Of a DNA stretch of 50,602 nt, positions 1 through 12,050 are shown in pieces. Position 1 is the first letter of the stretch; the number at the start of each line of letters is the position of its first letter. The DNA comes from Paraglomus brasilianum (Eukaryota), in assembly GCA_910592345.1 (NCBI GenBank), contig CAJVPI010000131.1, forward strand, positions 1 to 50,602, in the 5' to 3' direction. A model generated the notes under the pieces. It had not been told where the DNA came from. It did not search any database and saw nothing but the letters and a program-made list of their open reading frames with translations. Made by a program: the position numbers and the translations under genes.

Positions 1-269
1 GTTTGGAGGTTATTCGTTCCTTTCTGCAACAGCAAGAAGATTCTAAAGATTTGTTGAAACATATTAATGCACTAGATTGTTACATTAGTTTAAAATCAAT
101 GAATGTAATGAAACAAACAACAATAGATGAGTTTTTCGATAATAGCTAATAAATATTTGCTAATAAATCATGTGCAACCAATCAAATTCTAAACCTCTAT
201 TCAAGCATCCCTCTATTCAAGCATGCTCTGCCCCATTCCCGAGGGCATGCTTATATGGAGGGTTGACTG
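1..269 (+). mobile_element. 3' end of a pogo/Tigger-like DNA transposon (transposase C-terminus plus right TIR)
   Basis: Frame from nt 3 reads LEVIRSFLQQQEDSK...MKQTTIDEFF, the typical KQxxI(D/T)xFF tail of pogo/Tigger transposases. It is followed by repeated TATTCAAGCAT subterminal motifs and ends ...GAGGGTTGACTG|TA (CAGTCAACC-type TIR plus TA target). Confidence 0.7.
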
Positions 270-649
270 TAGCTTTTCACCCCATAAAGAAAAACGTACA
301 GTGCAGCAGACCCCCAAAGTATACATAATTACACAAATAATATAACCATACTATCCAGTAATTTCAATGCAAGCTACATTTACAGTCTAACCATAATGCT
401 AAAAAGCATATGATTGCACATCAGATGCAAACACCGAAAAGCAATCGTCGTACGGTTAGATCCACACACATTGACTCCATTTACTATCTAACCGTAAACT
501 GCGTTTGATACCTTTACTCACACAAGCCACTAGTGAAGCGATGATAAGAACCTCATGATTAACCCTTCACATTCACAATTAGCAACAATATCAGTTGGTT
601 ATAGCATTAATATATTATTCAATGAAATGTTGTTATATTACTAATTATT

Positions 650-858
650 CCGATCTGACATGTCAGTTCGGAAGTGACATAAAATTCTGGTCTGACATAT
701 GTCAGTTCGGAAGTGACATAAATTCTGATCTGACATATGTCACTTCCAAACTGACATATGTCAATTCAGAACTAACATAAATTCCGTTCTGACATATGTC
801 ACTTCTGAACTGACATATGTCAATTTGGAACTGATATAAATTCAGAATTGACATACAA
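650..858. repeat. Array of ~18-21 bp units built on the palindrome TGACATATGTCA
   Basis: About 11 TGACATA-type cores. Full palindromes at ~693, 731, 752, 790 and 811. A higher-order ~59-bp period is visible (730/789, 751/810), and the linkers flip orientation (GTCAGTTCGGAAGTGAC vs GTCACTTCCAAACTGAC). Confidence 0.85.
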
Positions 859-989
859 CATCATTGTCAAAGCATTCAAACTGACTTCGTAAAAATTGAG
901 GAAATTCTGTCTCCATTAAAGTTATAAGATGTTCCTCATTAATATTTGCACCATTTGTGAGTGTTGGATTTATTTGTCTCTCAGTTGGA

Positions 990-1142
990 TTATTTTAGAG
1001 TGTCCAAGGACAGAGTTTCTGATCTTTTATTATTTTTTGAACTTTTTTGAGTTAAACACCTTTGACATGTCTTCCGAATTCTTCCCCTCAATAAAAACTC
1101 ATTGCTGTTTTTCTTAGTGTGACAAGATGAACACTTCAACAT
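990..1142 (-). pseudogene. Fragment of a CxxC...CxxC zinc-ribbon N-terminus, probably transposon-derived
   Basis: MLKCSSCHTKK...RKTCQRC with an early stop, next to the palindrome array in a CpG-depleted block. Confidence 0.35.
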
Positions 1143-1652
1143 TTTGTGCAAGCAACAAGCTGATAACAAATGCATACTATTTGGAACGTGTTGTGTTTAT
1201 TTATCTCAGCTTATGCATTTTTACAAAAAGGAAAATGCATAACAATCTAATTAACTTTCCACATTTTTTGTTAATTAACAAAAATTACTACAAATTTATG
1301 TGTACACAAATACATGCTATTATTACATTTGTCAAAAAACAGACATAGATGAAGTTATTTACTACTTGCTGAGAAAACTGTTAGCGTGAAAGTATTAGAC
1401 ATTTTCTACTGTTCTACATATAGCACAAAAATGAGGCAAAGCCATCACTTGATATATATATAGTATGTTTAGTGTTTTCTTTTGCCAATATCAAATAAAC
1501 GGTAACAAACATAAATTTGACAATCATCATTTAACATAGACAAAATAAATTTAGTCATTTGACAAAAGTGTAGCCACATGAGATCAATCACATGGAAAGA
1601 TTGTCTGTATTCTGCTTCCAAAAATAGTAGCAAGGGGTCAGCAATTCCGCAA

Positions 1653-1712
1653 GGCAATTCTGGAAATAATCTACAGATCAGCAGTGGAATTTTGGGGGTT
1701 GCTGTGTGAGTT
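1653..1712 (+). repeat. Dispersed ~60-bp repeat, copy 1 (copy 2 at 33778-33838)
   Basis: GGCAATTCTGGAAATAATCTACAGATCAGCAGTGGAATTTTGGGGGTTGCTGTGTGAGTT aligns with the 33778 copy; the differences are mostly C>T/G>A transitions. Confidence 0.8.
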
Positions 1713-2739
1713 ATCTAAAATAATCAGATCAGCATTTCTTGCTATTAAGTTTGCCCAAATATGGGGGTAGGCTAAAGTGGAGCAGATTCTGTGCCACAGC
1801 TGCTGCAGATTGCCACAATCATCACAAGTGCCACCACAAATATTTGGGTATCATGTGATAATAAAATCAAATCTTTATTATTATAAACACTATTCAGGCT
1901 CATCCCTTAAAATCAGGTTTAAAGATCTTTCTAAGTTTTCAATGAAACTATCTACCTGCTCTCTACTACCACTCTCCCTTTCCATTAATTCATTAACAGT
2001 AAGTCTTTGGCTATCAGTTCTTCTCTGTTTGTCTGTTTGCAGCACAAGTATGGTGATTTGCTCACACCATTCATAAATTTTAAATCCATTTTCTTCCAAA
2101 CATCATTGGTCAATAACTTGGTGGACCATACATATGTTTACACAGCAGTAGATATTTGTTTATGAACAAACAATCACAATCAAGTGAAGTCAGACCTGGG
2201 ACATTCTTTCCACTCTGGTAAGGAAATTTTTGTATTTCTTCAACAATCTCATTATCTACCCCATAAGCAGATACTTTCTTGGTACGAAAGTTGAAAGCAG
2301 AACACACAAAAACAAGGCCTTGGCTGGAGTGTGAGGATACATGAAAAATGATTAACCTGATATCCTTGATTCTCTAAATGTGACTTTGCTTCAAAAATAT
2401 CAGTTTCTATATTACATGTATCACTACCGATGAGATTGGTTTCCATTGCTCCCCGAACTTTATGCTTAATATTCACTACTTGTTTTAGCTTTAATTCCTG
2501 CACAGTTGAACCAAGGCTGAGGCTGTCAGTGCCATATTCTTTTACAGCATTACAATTGCAGGTGACAGATAGTTTTTCTTAGCCTCCTGTTCAATCAAAT
2601 CTCAGATTGCTTGTGGATGATTTATTCTGTCAATATCTTGTATATTATGTGCATGATCAGGAGAATTATTATAATGTTCAATTTGAACGACTTGTGAGGA
2701 TATTAGTCATGTGATTTTGATCTTGGCATTACAAAGATT

Positions 2740-3014
2740 CACCTGTTTTAACCCCCAAAACTCGAATCTCGATTGGCATTTAAAAAATTTTATCCACCCC
2801 CAAATCGATCGATGATTATATTAATTTCGCCTGGTGCACCAGTGGTGCACCATTGAGATCTGCAAATTTACCCTAACCCTAATAGCTCACATGTACTATA
2901 TATGGTGCACCACTGGTGCACCAGGCGAAATTAATATGAATCACCAAACCTCGATCAGCTTTAAAAATTCCAACACACCCCTAAATCGATTGTCTGAATT
3001 GGTTGAAACAGGTG
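2740..3014. mobile_element. 275-bp non-autonomous element inserted in the MULE transposase, 14-bp TIRs, 7-bp TSD AAAGATT
   Basis: Ends CACCTGTTTTAACC / GGTTGAAACAGGTG (1 mismatch). AAAGATT lies on both flanks (2733-2739 and 3015-3021). Removing the element and one TSD restores the host frame SVRLSNLCNAKIKIT. Confidence 0.85.
2818..2937. repeat. Perfect 36-bp inverted repeat (MITE-like hairpin) with CCCTAACCCTAA in the 48-bp loop
   Basis: ATATTAATTTCGCCTGGTGCACCAGTGGTGCACCAT (2818-2853) and its exact reverse complement (2902-2937); telomere-type hexamer x2 at 2871-2882. Confidence 0.9.
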
Positions 3015-4397
3015 AAAGATTTGACAGTCGGACTGATGTTTGTCAACTAATACTCCTTCCTGTCACATGCTTGATTCTCGATGCTTAGCCAAGTGGCAAA
3101 CATAACCTCTCCAGAATCACTTGTAAGAATTATATTGTGTCCATATGTTTGTTACCAATGGCCACCAACAAATTCTTCAGTAGAAAGTTTAATCAGTTTA
3201 TTAATGTTAAACAGGCACATTCGCATTTCATTAGGAGTGATATTATCAATGGTATTCTTGTTGAAACAAATCAGAAATAAAACAAGATTGGATTGAAAAT
3301 TATTTATTGATTGTTTATGTGTCTGTCACTATGACTTTGTTGAAAGTTTTTCATTGCCAGAATATCAATACTTAGCTATCTAATTTATAGTTATTCTGAA
3401 ACCACACTTTACTTGTCCCATCCCTTTTGTCATGACATTGATAGATGCCTTTGTAATAATATTCAAAGTGTTCTTCTGAAACATTTCCATCGTTCTAACA
3501 TCTCCTGATGTCTTATCCTGTCGTAAGTAAAAACACAAATAGCGCTAGTCAGTTAAAGCGTTTAGTAACTCATAATAATAAGAGTCAACTCACCCGACCT
3601 GAGTTCAAACATCGTATTCAAGTTTCAAATATAAAACGTTCTGTAACGTTAAAGCTGATGTATCATCGTAATCTAAAACCGACGCGTAACTTTGTTTTCG
3701 AAACAAATATAATGAAACTTTGTCACATGATACCCAAATTTGTGGTGGCGCTTGTGATGATTGTGGCGATCTGCAGCAGCTGTGGCACAAATCTGCTCAC
3801 CCAGGCTCAGAAATTATGTGGTGTAAAGTTACTCCATTGCCCTGAAATGCCAATACCAACGGTAATACTCTCATTTATAGCAGTTTGCAAAATTTTAGGA
3901 TCACCCAACTTAAAATTTTAAATGAATGAATGGATTTAGTAATTGATTTCATGCTTGTACCAACATCGCTACTGGTAACGGCGATGGTCCTTGGCAATAA
4001 CAACGAACAGTAGGCTGTGACTCTTACCGCAACTGGTTCTCGTTTTTGCTCAGGCACACTCACTGGTTTTGGAACAACGCTTTTCTTTTCAATCTCAGCT
4101 TGATCTTGCCCAGATGGATACTGATGTCCTTGACTGTAAACCTGATGGTGCTGACGGCATGGCGTTAGCATTGTAGGGCAAATGATCTGGATATTTTGTA
4201 GATTGATTATGCATCTGTGATTGAGAAGGCGATGTTTGTGCGGTAGAGGAGTGTGAATGCTGGGCTTGATGTTGAGTTTGAGTTTGAGAAGCCTGTGTCT
4301 GGTGTGACGGTTGTTACGATTATGGGAGATGAGAAGGCGACGTTCGTGCCGTCAGCAATTATCAAATAACATAATAATAAATACATACACTGAATAG

Positions 4398-4790
4398 TCA
4401 ACCTTTTTCCGAGTAATTCCACAATGCTTCAACCGTAGGTATAGACACCACCTTCTCAGTACGTGGTTCCATCTCAGCAACCAACTCGTCCAGATACCAG
4501 TCTGACTTCCGATCGATTAAAGCTTTAAGAATCTTCAATAAACAATCATTATCATTCTCGTACTCTATTCCCCAGACGCACACATTTAGTCAATTGAAAG
4601 CAACATATTACCTCCATGTCATCAACATCAAAATTTTTTCTTCTTCCCCGCGACACATCCCCAGACTTTATAAAGTCTCAAGACTCTGCCAACACTAGAG
4701 TGAGAAACGCTTAAAAGCTCTCTTATCTTATTCGAGTAACCATCGTGGTGCTATTCGCCAACATAAGTCTTCACTAAGATTCTTTGGCAT
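4398..4790 (-). mobile_element. IS630/Tc1-type transposase N-terminal (HTH) relic
   Basis: ATG at 4790 gives MPKNLSEDLCWRI; downstream frameshifted LKILKALIDRKSDWYLDELVAEME...VVSIPT resembles the second HTH of fungal IS630/Tc1-like transposases. Confidence 0.6.
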
Positions 4791-6799
4791 CTTGCTGATT
4801 AATAGACTGTCTGTTCACTGAAAGTAGTGTAGATTACTTAGTTAATCGCTCATAATCGTTTATAATCGCTCTATATATATAACCACTAATATTATTTCTA
4901 CGCTTAGTAATTTTCGCAAAAAGTCGTGACCAAATTCATGTGACTCTAAAATTTTGAATGGTCCTCGGAATCCGTAGCGTGTTGCATTCCAAAAGTTTAG
5001 TTCACTCAAACCGTCTATGGGAAGAATAGTATCGCCCGTCTCACTCAACATGCAGGTCACACGCGAGAGATACGTCGTGGAGTCAGCAATACTTTCCTAC
5101 TTCACTCTCTCGTTGGGAGAAGAAAGCTTAGTCGGGTGTAGAGTTTGAACACAATCGCTGGTAAAGCTTTATTTGGGTTTCTGTTCGCTCTTCCCGTACT
5201 TTCCATCTCTTTACACTCTTGTACATTCTTATAATGCAACAACTTTCCTAGAGAGCCCCGTCCTTCAACACCCTATTCGCTTACCTCTACCGACAGTAGA
5301 AATATTACAAGGCATCCACTTCAACCAGTACTTTGTTCTACAACTATTACACTTGGTGTTGAATTCGAAGGATAAGGTGGACTGACAATCAGATTGGACC
5401 CGTTTATGAAAACGCCATTCGGGAATGACGAGAATAGACCCACTCCATACACGCTATGGATAAATCGATTCTCAAAAATGGTTTAATTATTACTGTATTA
5501 TAGGGAAACATTGCGAATTAAATTAGCTTTGTGAATAAAGAACTGGACGAGCAATGACAGAGATTGTTTACAAGGTATGCTTGTATTTGTTCTTGGACCA
5601 CGTGCATTGAGTGTACTTATACAATGTCTATACGTTTTCTTCTCTGCAATAAATGCTGACGGCTTCTTCTCTATATGCCTATCATTATAGTCGGCAATAT
5701 TAGTGTATCCGGAGCTGTGAACGTCCATAATTGACAACACATGGACCGTCAAGATGTTTTGCGACCAATTCGCTATCTGCAACTTTATGAGCAAGTACGC
5801 CGTTATATAATATGACTGGCATCTATTTGCCATACCGTGCCATGCGCACCATGATCAGCCATTTTTTCAGATACCGAACTGCTAACTCAAAAAAAGGAGA
5901 AAGAAAAAAGAAAACAAGTCCAAAATACAAACATTTTCAATGCAGGTTCAAGCTCTAGTAATTATCAGACATACACAATTTATCCCATTTACAAGGTCTG
6001 TCGTCAAGTACATGTTAACAGCTTTTGACGTCCAGATACGACGTTAGTAATGTTTTTAAAAACGTCCTTTTTAGACCTACAACTTAAACAAGGGAGTTAT
6101 TATCTCTTGTTGTTATACTCCATATGGCTTGTGTTACGAATCAATCAGTCTCTAGTCTTTTTTTCCCAAGTGAGAAAGTAAAGTAAATACGAGATATACC
6201 AATTGCCGTACATGAAAGGAGCTATCCCTTCACTAATGCACTCTTGATCTATATACTATGCAAATGAAGCCATTGACGCAAGAATATTCTTGCTAATTAT
6301 ACGGTACCTCGGCTCTTTTTCTTGCGTTTTACCTAGAAGAATTGTTTTATGTTGTTCGGGAGGAAACCAACGTTTATTTGCTGAACGCGTGACTTTGCAG
6401 CATGTCTAATATGAGCATTTAAGACGACTTAATGTTATCTCCACAAGGTTTTGTAAACGCGCAATGGTTCATAGGCACAATGTTTCGGTCTGAGGGTTAA
6501 TATCGGGACACGGTGATCTGTCATTGGGGTCATTAAATTACTTGCTGTAAGACTAAATTTGATTACAACACACCCAATCCAACTTACATCATATCGGATC
6601 ATGTATCCCTCCCCCGACTTATTTTAATTCCAAAATATCACATGATTATTCACTTTTTTTACTGCTTAAAGTAAGCGCAATTGCATATAATAATAAATAC
6701 AAACTGTATTTGCTATGTAATATCTATAAAAGAGCTTCGTCTAAACGCCAAATCAAGCGCTGTTCTATCTCTTATCGTTATATTTACCCTACGTCTGAT

Positions 6800-7426
6800 A
6801 TGGCCGGTTTTAATAACAAATCGATTAATGAGAGTTATATATACAACATTCCATCCGATCAGGTGCATACTATAGACCCGAACTATACAGACAATCTTCC
6901 ATTAAACCAAACAATTATTACGGGCTCAGGTCACGCAAACATGAGTAGCATGGACTCCAACGATATCTATTTCTATCAACCTCCCAGTCAAGCTATTTTT
7001 CCTTCTGATACCAGTGCTCTCGACTATAACAACGACTCAACAGGCCATTGGATACCGCTTATTATGGATACGTTAAAAACAGTGAAAATCGAGTAAACTA
7101 TTCAATGATGGATTATATTTTGAATGACTGCAATTCATCTTCCCTTTCTTATCCTATCCTCCAAACATTAGTTCAAACACCTTCTACATCTCCAGTTTTT
7201 CCAACCAACTATGACTTGAACAACCACCGTGAACCCTCGATTTATCCTCTCTCCCAAACAATGGGTCAAACACAATCTACTCCTACCTTTTCAACAACGC
7301 AAGCATGATGACAAACGCTACGAGTCACGGACAAGTAATAATTATTATGAATGCTGATATTAACGTGGAAAGATTATTGTCCATTATTCAATCATGTGGG
7401 AGGGTGGAAAGAATATACATGTAATT
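6800..7426 (+). pseudogene. Frameshifted low-complexity (N/S/T/P/Q-rich) hypothetical gene
   Basis: Consecutive protein-like ORFs in shifting frames (MAGFNNKS..., MDTAYYGY..., MNADINVERLLSIIQSCGRVERIYM*). No recognisable domain. Confidence 0.3.
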
Positions 7427-8406
7427 TGTTTATTTAGCCATCACTTTTTTTATATCGAATTTTGTTGTTAGTGAATTTTGGGGAGAGTTACAATTATCTT
7501 ATTTATATCAGTCGGGATACCTTTTATATGTTATTACGTGCTTTTATCGGCTCACTTTGATGTGGGAATAATAATTATACTTATCCGGAAGATACTTCAA
7601 GGTTTATGGAAGAGATACAAGCGAAATTATGTACAACATCCATAATAATCAGATTTTATTTTTTTTTCATATCGACAACACTTTTGTTCTCCATTTTTCG
7701 CCCTAAAGAGCAAGGCATAGAGAAATAAATTTATAAACTGACTTATTTGTATTGTTGTCAATTACAATTTACACTGTTAGCTAGACGTGTTTCTATGTTT
7801 AAAATATTACCTGGAAGATATAAATGCTTAATATAAACAGTTTCCATCAAATAACCGAGTCTTCAGTGAAATATCCTTTTTTTAAACCCTCCAACTCTTG
7901 CAATATTAGCCTTGTTTTATTTTTAAAAAAATTTTTTTGCGAATAAACTGTAATATTCAAATATTATCGACAGAGGTAGTAAGACAGACAAGATATATAA
8001 CCATCAATAATGCTATTATAATGGTCGGATAATTATGCGTCAAACGTTGATTTAGAGTAAGAGAAATATGTCTATCTCATAGTATTAAATTATTCAATGT
8101 TTACCTTGCAAACTGTTCATGAAAGCCGATTGCATAAAATTTCCATTTCTTTATCAAATAATCGATTGGGACAAACAATTAACTAGAAATTTTGCCAAAT
8201 TGCATTACACGAGAGCTTAGTCTCTATCGTCCGCATTATGCCTCGGCTAAGCCTTTTAATACTCAAATAATAATACTATTTCATCAAGTGAATTGTATTA
8301 AACTGAGAATTTTAACTATTTCTCGAGCTGTCACAATATACTGTTGTATGAAAAAGTTATCAGCTATTACATAACAAAAGGTAAATTTGTACATAGCAGA
8401 GAAATA

Positions 8407-9686
8407 CAGTGTGTTACAAAAAAACCGTAATTTTTGCGCGCGACAAAAACGTGTCTAGCGCGCTCTGTTTACATGCAATTCGCGATATGTAAAATACAAA
8501 ATAAAGCTGATAAATGAGGTTAACCTTTGGCGTCTTTATAAAAGCATTTATTATGTACACGCTTGGCATAATTAATTGTAAAATGCCTACATCCAAGCAA
8601 GAAACTCAACGTCAAAGCATATTACATTTATGGAATAATGGTATACGAGATGCCAAGGAAATCCATGCTCAAACAATTATCCCGCTCACAACAATTTACG
8701 ACAATATTAGAAAATTGAAAAAAACTGGAACGATAAAGCATGCAGGAGGAAATGGTCGGCCCAAAAAAATTACTGCGCGTGCATCGCGGGCACTTGGACA
8801 ATTTGTGCGCAGGGATTCTTCACTTTCCACAAGAACTCTTGCAAATAAATTTAAATTGTCCCAGATGAACGTTCATGTGTCCCATGCTACAATTGCACGG
8901 CATATGGCTCGGCTACTCAAAAAGTCTCCCAAGGGCCACCCCTATGCTAACTGCTACCCATAAACAACAACGAGTAGAATGGGCAACAATCACATTAACG
9001 ATGACTGGAGTCGGACATTGTTTTCAGATGAGACGGCCTTTCAGCTTTTTCGAAATACGGTAGAGCGTTGGCATAAGGGTACTCGCCAAGTTCGTGCCAT
9101 GCCAAAAGACCGAACAAAATTTTTTGCTTGGGGGGGGGGGGGTTGCATCAACGGCAAGGCCAATTTGTTTTGCTTTCGACAAATAATGGATGCTAATTTT
9201 CATGTCGACATTATCAGAAATCGCATTCCAGAGATTAATAGAATGTTTAGAGGGCACTGGCGATTTCAGCAAGACATGATCCGAAACATACTGGCCGAAT
9301 TGCCAAAGCTTATTTGAAAAAAAATGTTTCCGAAATTCTGGACGGGCCCTCCAACAGTCCAGACTTAAACCCAATCGAAAATCTATGGGCAATCATAAAG
9401 AGAAACGTTGAAAGAGGATGCCAAAAAATATCAGCGATTTGGAAAAATTTATGACTGAAGAATGGAATAGTATCCCAAATAACATCCTAATTAATCTTGT
9501 AGAGTCAATGCGTCGGCGTTGTGAGCTTGTAATCGAAAGCAATGGAGAACGTATTAATTACTAATTATTAGTAATAAAATCTATAAATGTTTAACTTTCA
9601 AATAAGTCGTTTTTCATATAATTCGGATTGTTGGTTGTGGAACAACATGATTTTTTTTTCATTACGGTTTTTTTTGTAACACACTG
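8407..9686 (+). mobile_element. Full-length Tc1-like transposon (1280 bp) with frameshifted transposase
   Basis: TA|CAGTGTGTTAC(A7)CCGTAAT ... ATTACGG(T8)GTAACACACTG|TA. Transposase 8583-9564 in broken frames: HTH with GNGRPKK, FSDE (D1), FQQD (D2), SNSPDLNPIE (E), ending NGERINY*. Confidence 0.95.
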
Positions 9687-11756
9687 TATATACGAAAAAC
9701 ATGTTTAAATAAGTCCTCTACGGTAAAGGCTACGTTTCAATACAGGGCGAGTCAACACTGCAAAACATATGGTATAACTATGCACTTAACGTAATTAATA
9801 AATTTAACTGTAATACATAAATGTAGAGTCACTGGCCATACACATGTTCTCGAGCTAGTTCACCTTACGCTTGCATCAAAGATTTCTACTTAACCATCGC
9901 TGAGAAACCTCTTGTCATGGATAATGATATACTAGGAGTAACGACTAATTAATCGTATCCAAGTAATAGTAATACTAACGTGAATTTACCTAGTCGACCT
10001 GAGATATTCTAGGAGTACTTCCAATTACTTACATTTATTTATCCTTTATAGCCATTCAAACGCATAAAATGGAAATAAATAAAGCCGAAAAGCATGCGAC
10101 ATATCCGGTGATGGATGACACAGGGAGCAGAAAACGCATAAAATCACGTGTTTGTAATATACTTGCGCCAATTTAACTATCATTTAATCATTGCGATAAT
10201 AAAAGATAAAGTCCAATTACAAATACAATAACTAATTCTATTTATAGCCACAAGCGTTTTCTGCTCTGCTCTCTATCGTCACTCTGCCCAATGAATACAT
10301 ATGCATCAACATAAATATGGTACAGCCCGCCGAGGTTAAACCACGAGCCTTTGGCGAGTTATCTTGCCTTGTAAGTTAAATGATAGGTTGGGTTGTCTTG
10401 GCTCTTATCAGTGCGATAATTGCCAAATTAACTATTCCGTAGCTGCTGACAACATGCCCAGTATCGAATTAAATTTTTTACTCGGATTATTTTCCTGCGT
10501 TGGTTGTCAGCAAGCCATTACGGAGCAAGACATTTCAAGAGGCTATAACACATAACTGAAATTGTTAGACAGTTTACTGCGTTGTGAAGTAATCGTAACA
10601 TTCGTTCGGGTATCTTCTAATCTGTTGTAAAGTATGGGTTTTCAGAGTAACTTGAATTTCGCTCAATAGAGACATACTCTAAGGAATAAGAGCAAATGTA
10701 AACATTGCGTAGGTTTAACGCATAAACAATAATTTGGTTGCTTATCTTCGATCTCGAAGTAACTTATGAGCTTTATTATTAGTTATACGTGTCGTCGTAT
10801 CGTAAAACAACAAGGATAATGCTAAGACGATAAAAATTGATTAATTCTAACATTATTTAGTCAAAGACTTTTTAACACTGAGTTGCAATTTTTACATTTT
10901 TATGCTGTTCGGATTATTGCTAGAAAACCGAATTTTGTTCAAAATATGAGATGGTTTTATTTATCTGCTACAAAATGAATATTTAAAATGCGGTCTATAA
11001 ATAGAACAAGTAGTAAAAACTTAATGTGTTCTAGTTGAACGCTATATGTTAATAGCACGTAAGTGTTTGTAAATTTGGTTGTTGTGACTTGTTTCTTGTT
11101 TAGAAATATTGTATGCCATTTCGAATGTTGCCATGGACATTTTAGTTGTAGAAGGGCTGAGCTACTTTACAATCTTTCTCTAGTAAAGGGTGGAGGATCT
11201 TGGGCAATTATTCATACTATATATTTCTCAAAGCTTAAAGATAGGAATAATCATGTGTTATAATGTTTAATACGTTAAATCGAGTGCTTAAAAATAAAAG
11301 CGGTATGGTGACTTTAGATAATAATGTGGGTAACATTGGCTTGTATGATTATAACTCACTAGGTCGCTGTCGGGTAGAGATAACATGTTTATGGAGTAAA
11401 CAGACGGGATTTTTATACGACACGTATATATCATATTTCTATGCTATTCAGTGCAAGTAATGATTGGCTCATTGATATCTCGCAATATGTAATTACGCAC
11501 ACCACAATTCAATGTTATTACGCCCACTAATTTATTATACAATTCTGAAAACAATACAAAGGGATAGACATTTAGGGTCGAATATCTCATAGCTCCTTTG
11601 AAAGCTTTTGACCAAACATAGAGGACATTGTTTGCAGCCTTTCGTATTCGTTTTCGAATAATGATTTGTTGCTACAAAAGTACGATAATATCATATTAGT
11701 AAATAAGCAAGTTGATGTTATTAATGTTGGTGTTAGTATATATATACCTGCACTCT

Positions 11757-11922
11757 TTAGTTGTTGCATCCACATTCTCCTTCTTGGCAGACGCAGCCAG
11801 AGCCGCAGGAGCATCCACTATAATTCGAGATAAATTCCATCAGTTAGCATTTGGTTTGGGCTCACAACTTTATTAATCGACGTTTCGTATGCTTACGTGT
11901 TGTTGTTGACGATGGCTTCCAT
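11757..11922 (-). CDS. Metallothionein-like micro-protein, 28 aa (MEAIVNNNTGCSCGSGCVCQEGECGCNN), two exons
   Basis: Exon 1 11922-11897; intron 11896-11818 (79 nt, GTAAGC donor, GCTAAC branch point, TAG acceptor); exon 2 11817-11757 ending TAA. Six Cys in three CxC motifs, Gly/Ser-rich, no aromatics, like short fungal Cu-thioneins. Confidence 0.85.
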
Positions 11923-12050
11923 TGCTAAGTTGGTTTGAGTTTGAGAGTTTGAGAGTTTGGTTTGAGTTGTTTGTTATGCTTTGTTAAAACGGCCCTGGAG
12001 GGGAAGGATGAAGGCAAAGACCTCGTCCTTTTATTAAAGATTTGGAGGCT

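Larger units (their letters stand above)
1777..3801 (-). mobile_element. Non-autonomous Mutator-like (MULE) element with ~80-bp TIRs and an internally deleted, decayed transposase
   Basis: 1777-1858 is the reverse complement of ~3721-3801 (GAGCAGATT(C)TGTGCCACAGCTGCTGCAGAT...GGGTATCATGTGA). Minus-strand fragments: start MEMFQKNT (~3490), LCNAKIKIT...HAH zinc-binding motif (~2650-2735), SWIM-like CDCLFINKYLLLCKH (~2130-2180). No DDE core seen. TSD not resolved. Confidence 0.75.

Noticed and set aside
650..858. CRISPR-like appearance of regularly spaced palindromes
   Set aside because: Linkers are only ~6-10 bp and repeat one another; there are no unique spacers, no cas genes, and the context is eukaryotic.
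3875..5833. Minus-strand protein-like fragments around the IS630/Tc1 relic
   Set aside because: Could not be spliced into a consistent gene or assigned to any family.
10301..10442. Possible spliced 24-aa membrane peptide (MHQHKYGWVVLALISAIIAKLTIP)
   Set aside because: Weak donor (GTACAG), no clear branch point and no recognisable motif.
11587..11814. 75-aa ORF from the track
   Set aside because: It is the wrong frame over metallothionein exon 2; the spliced Cys-rich frame has much stronger support.
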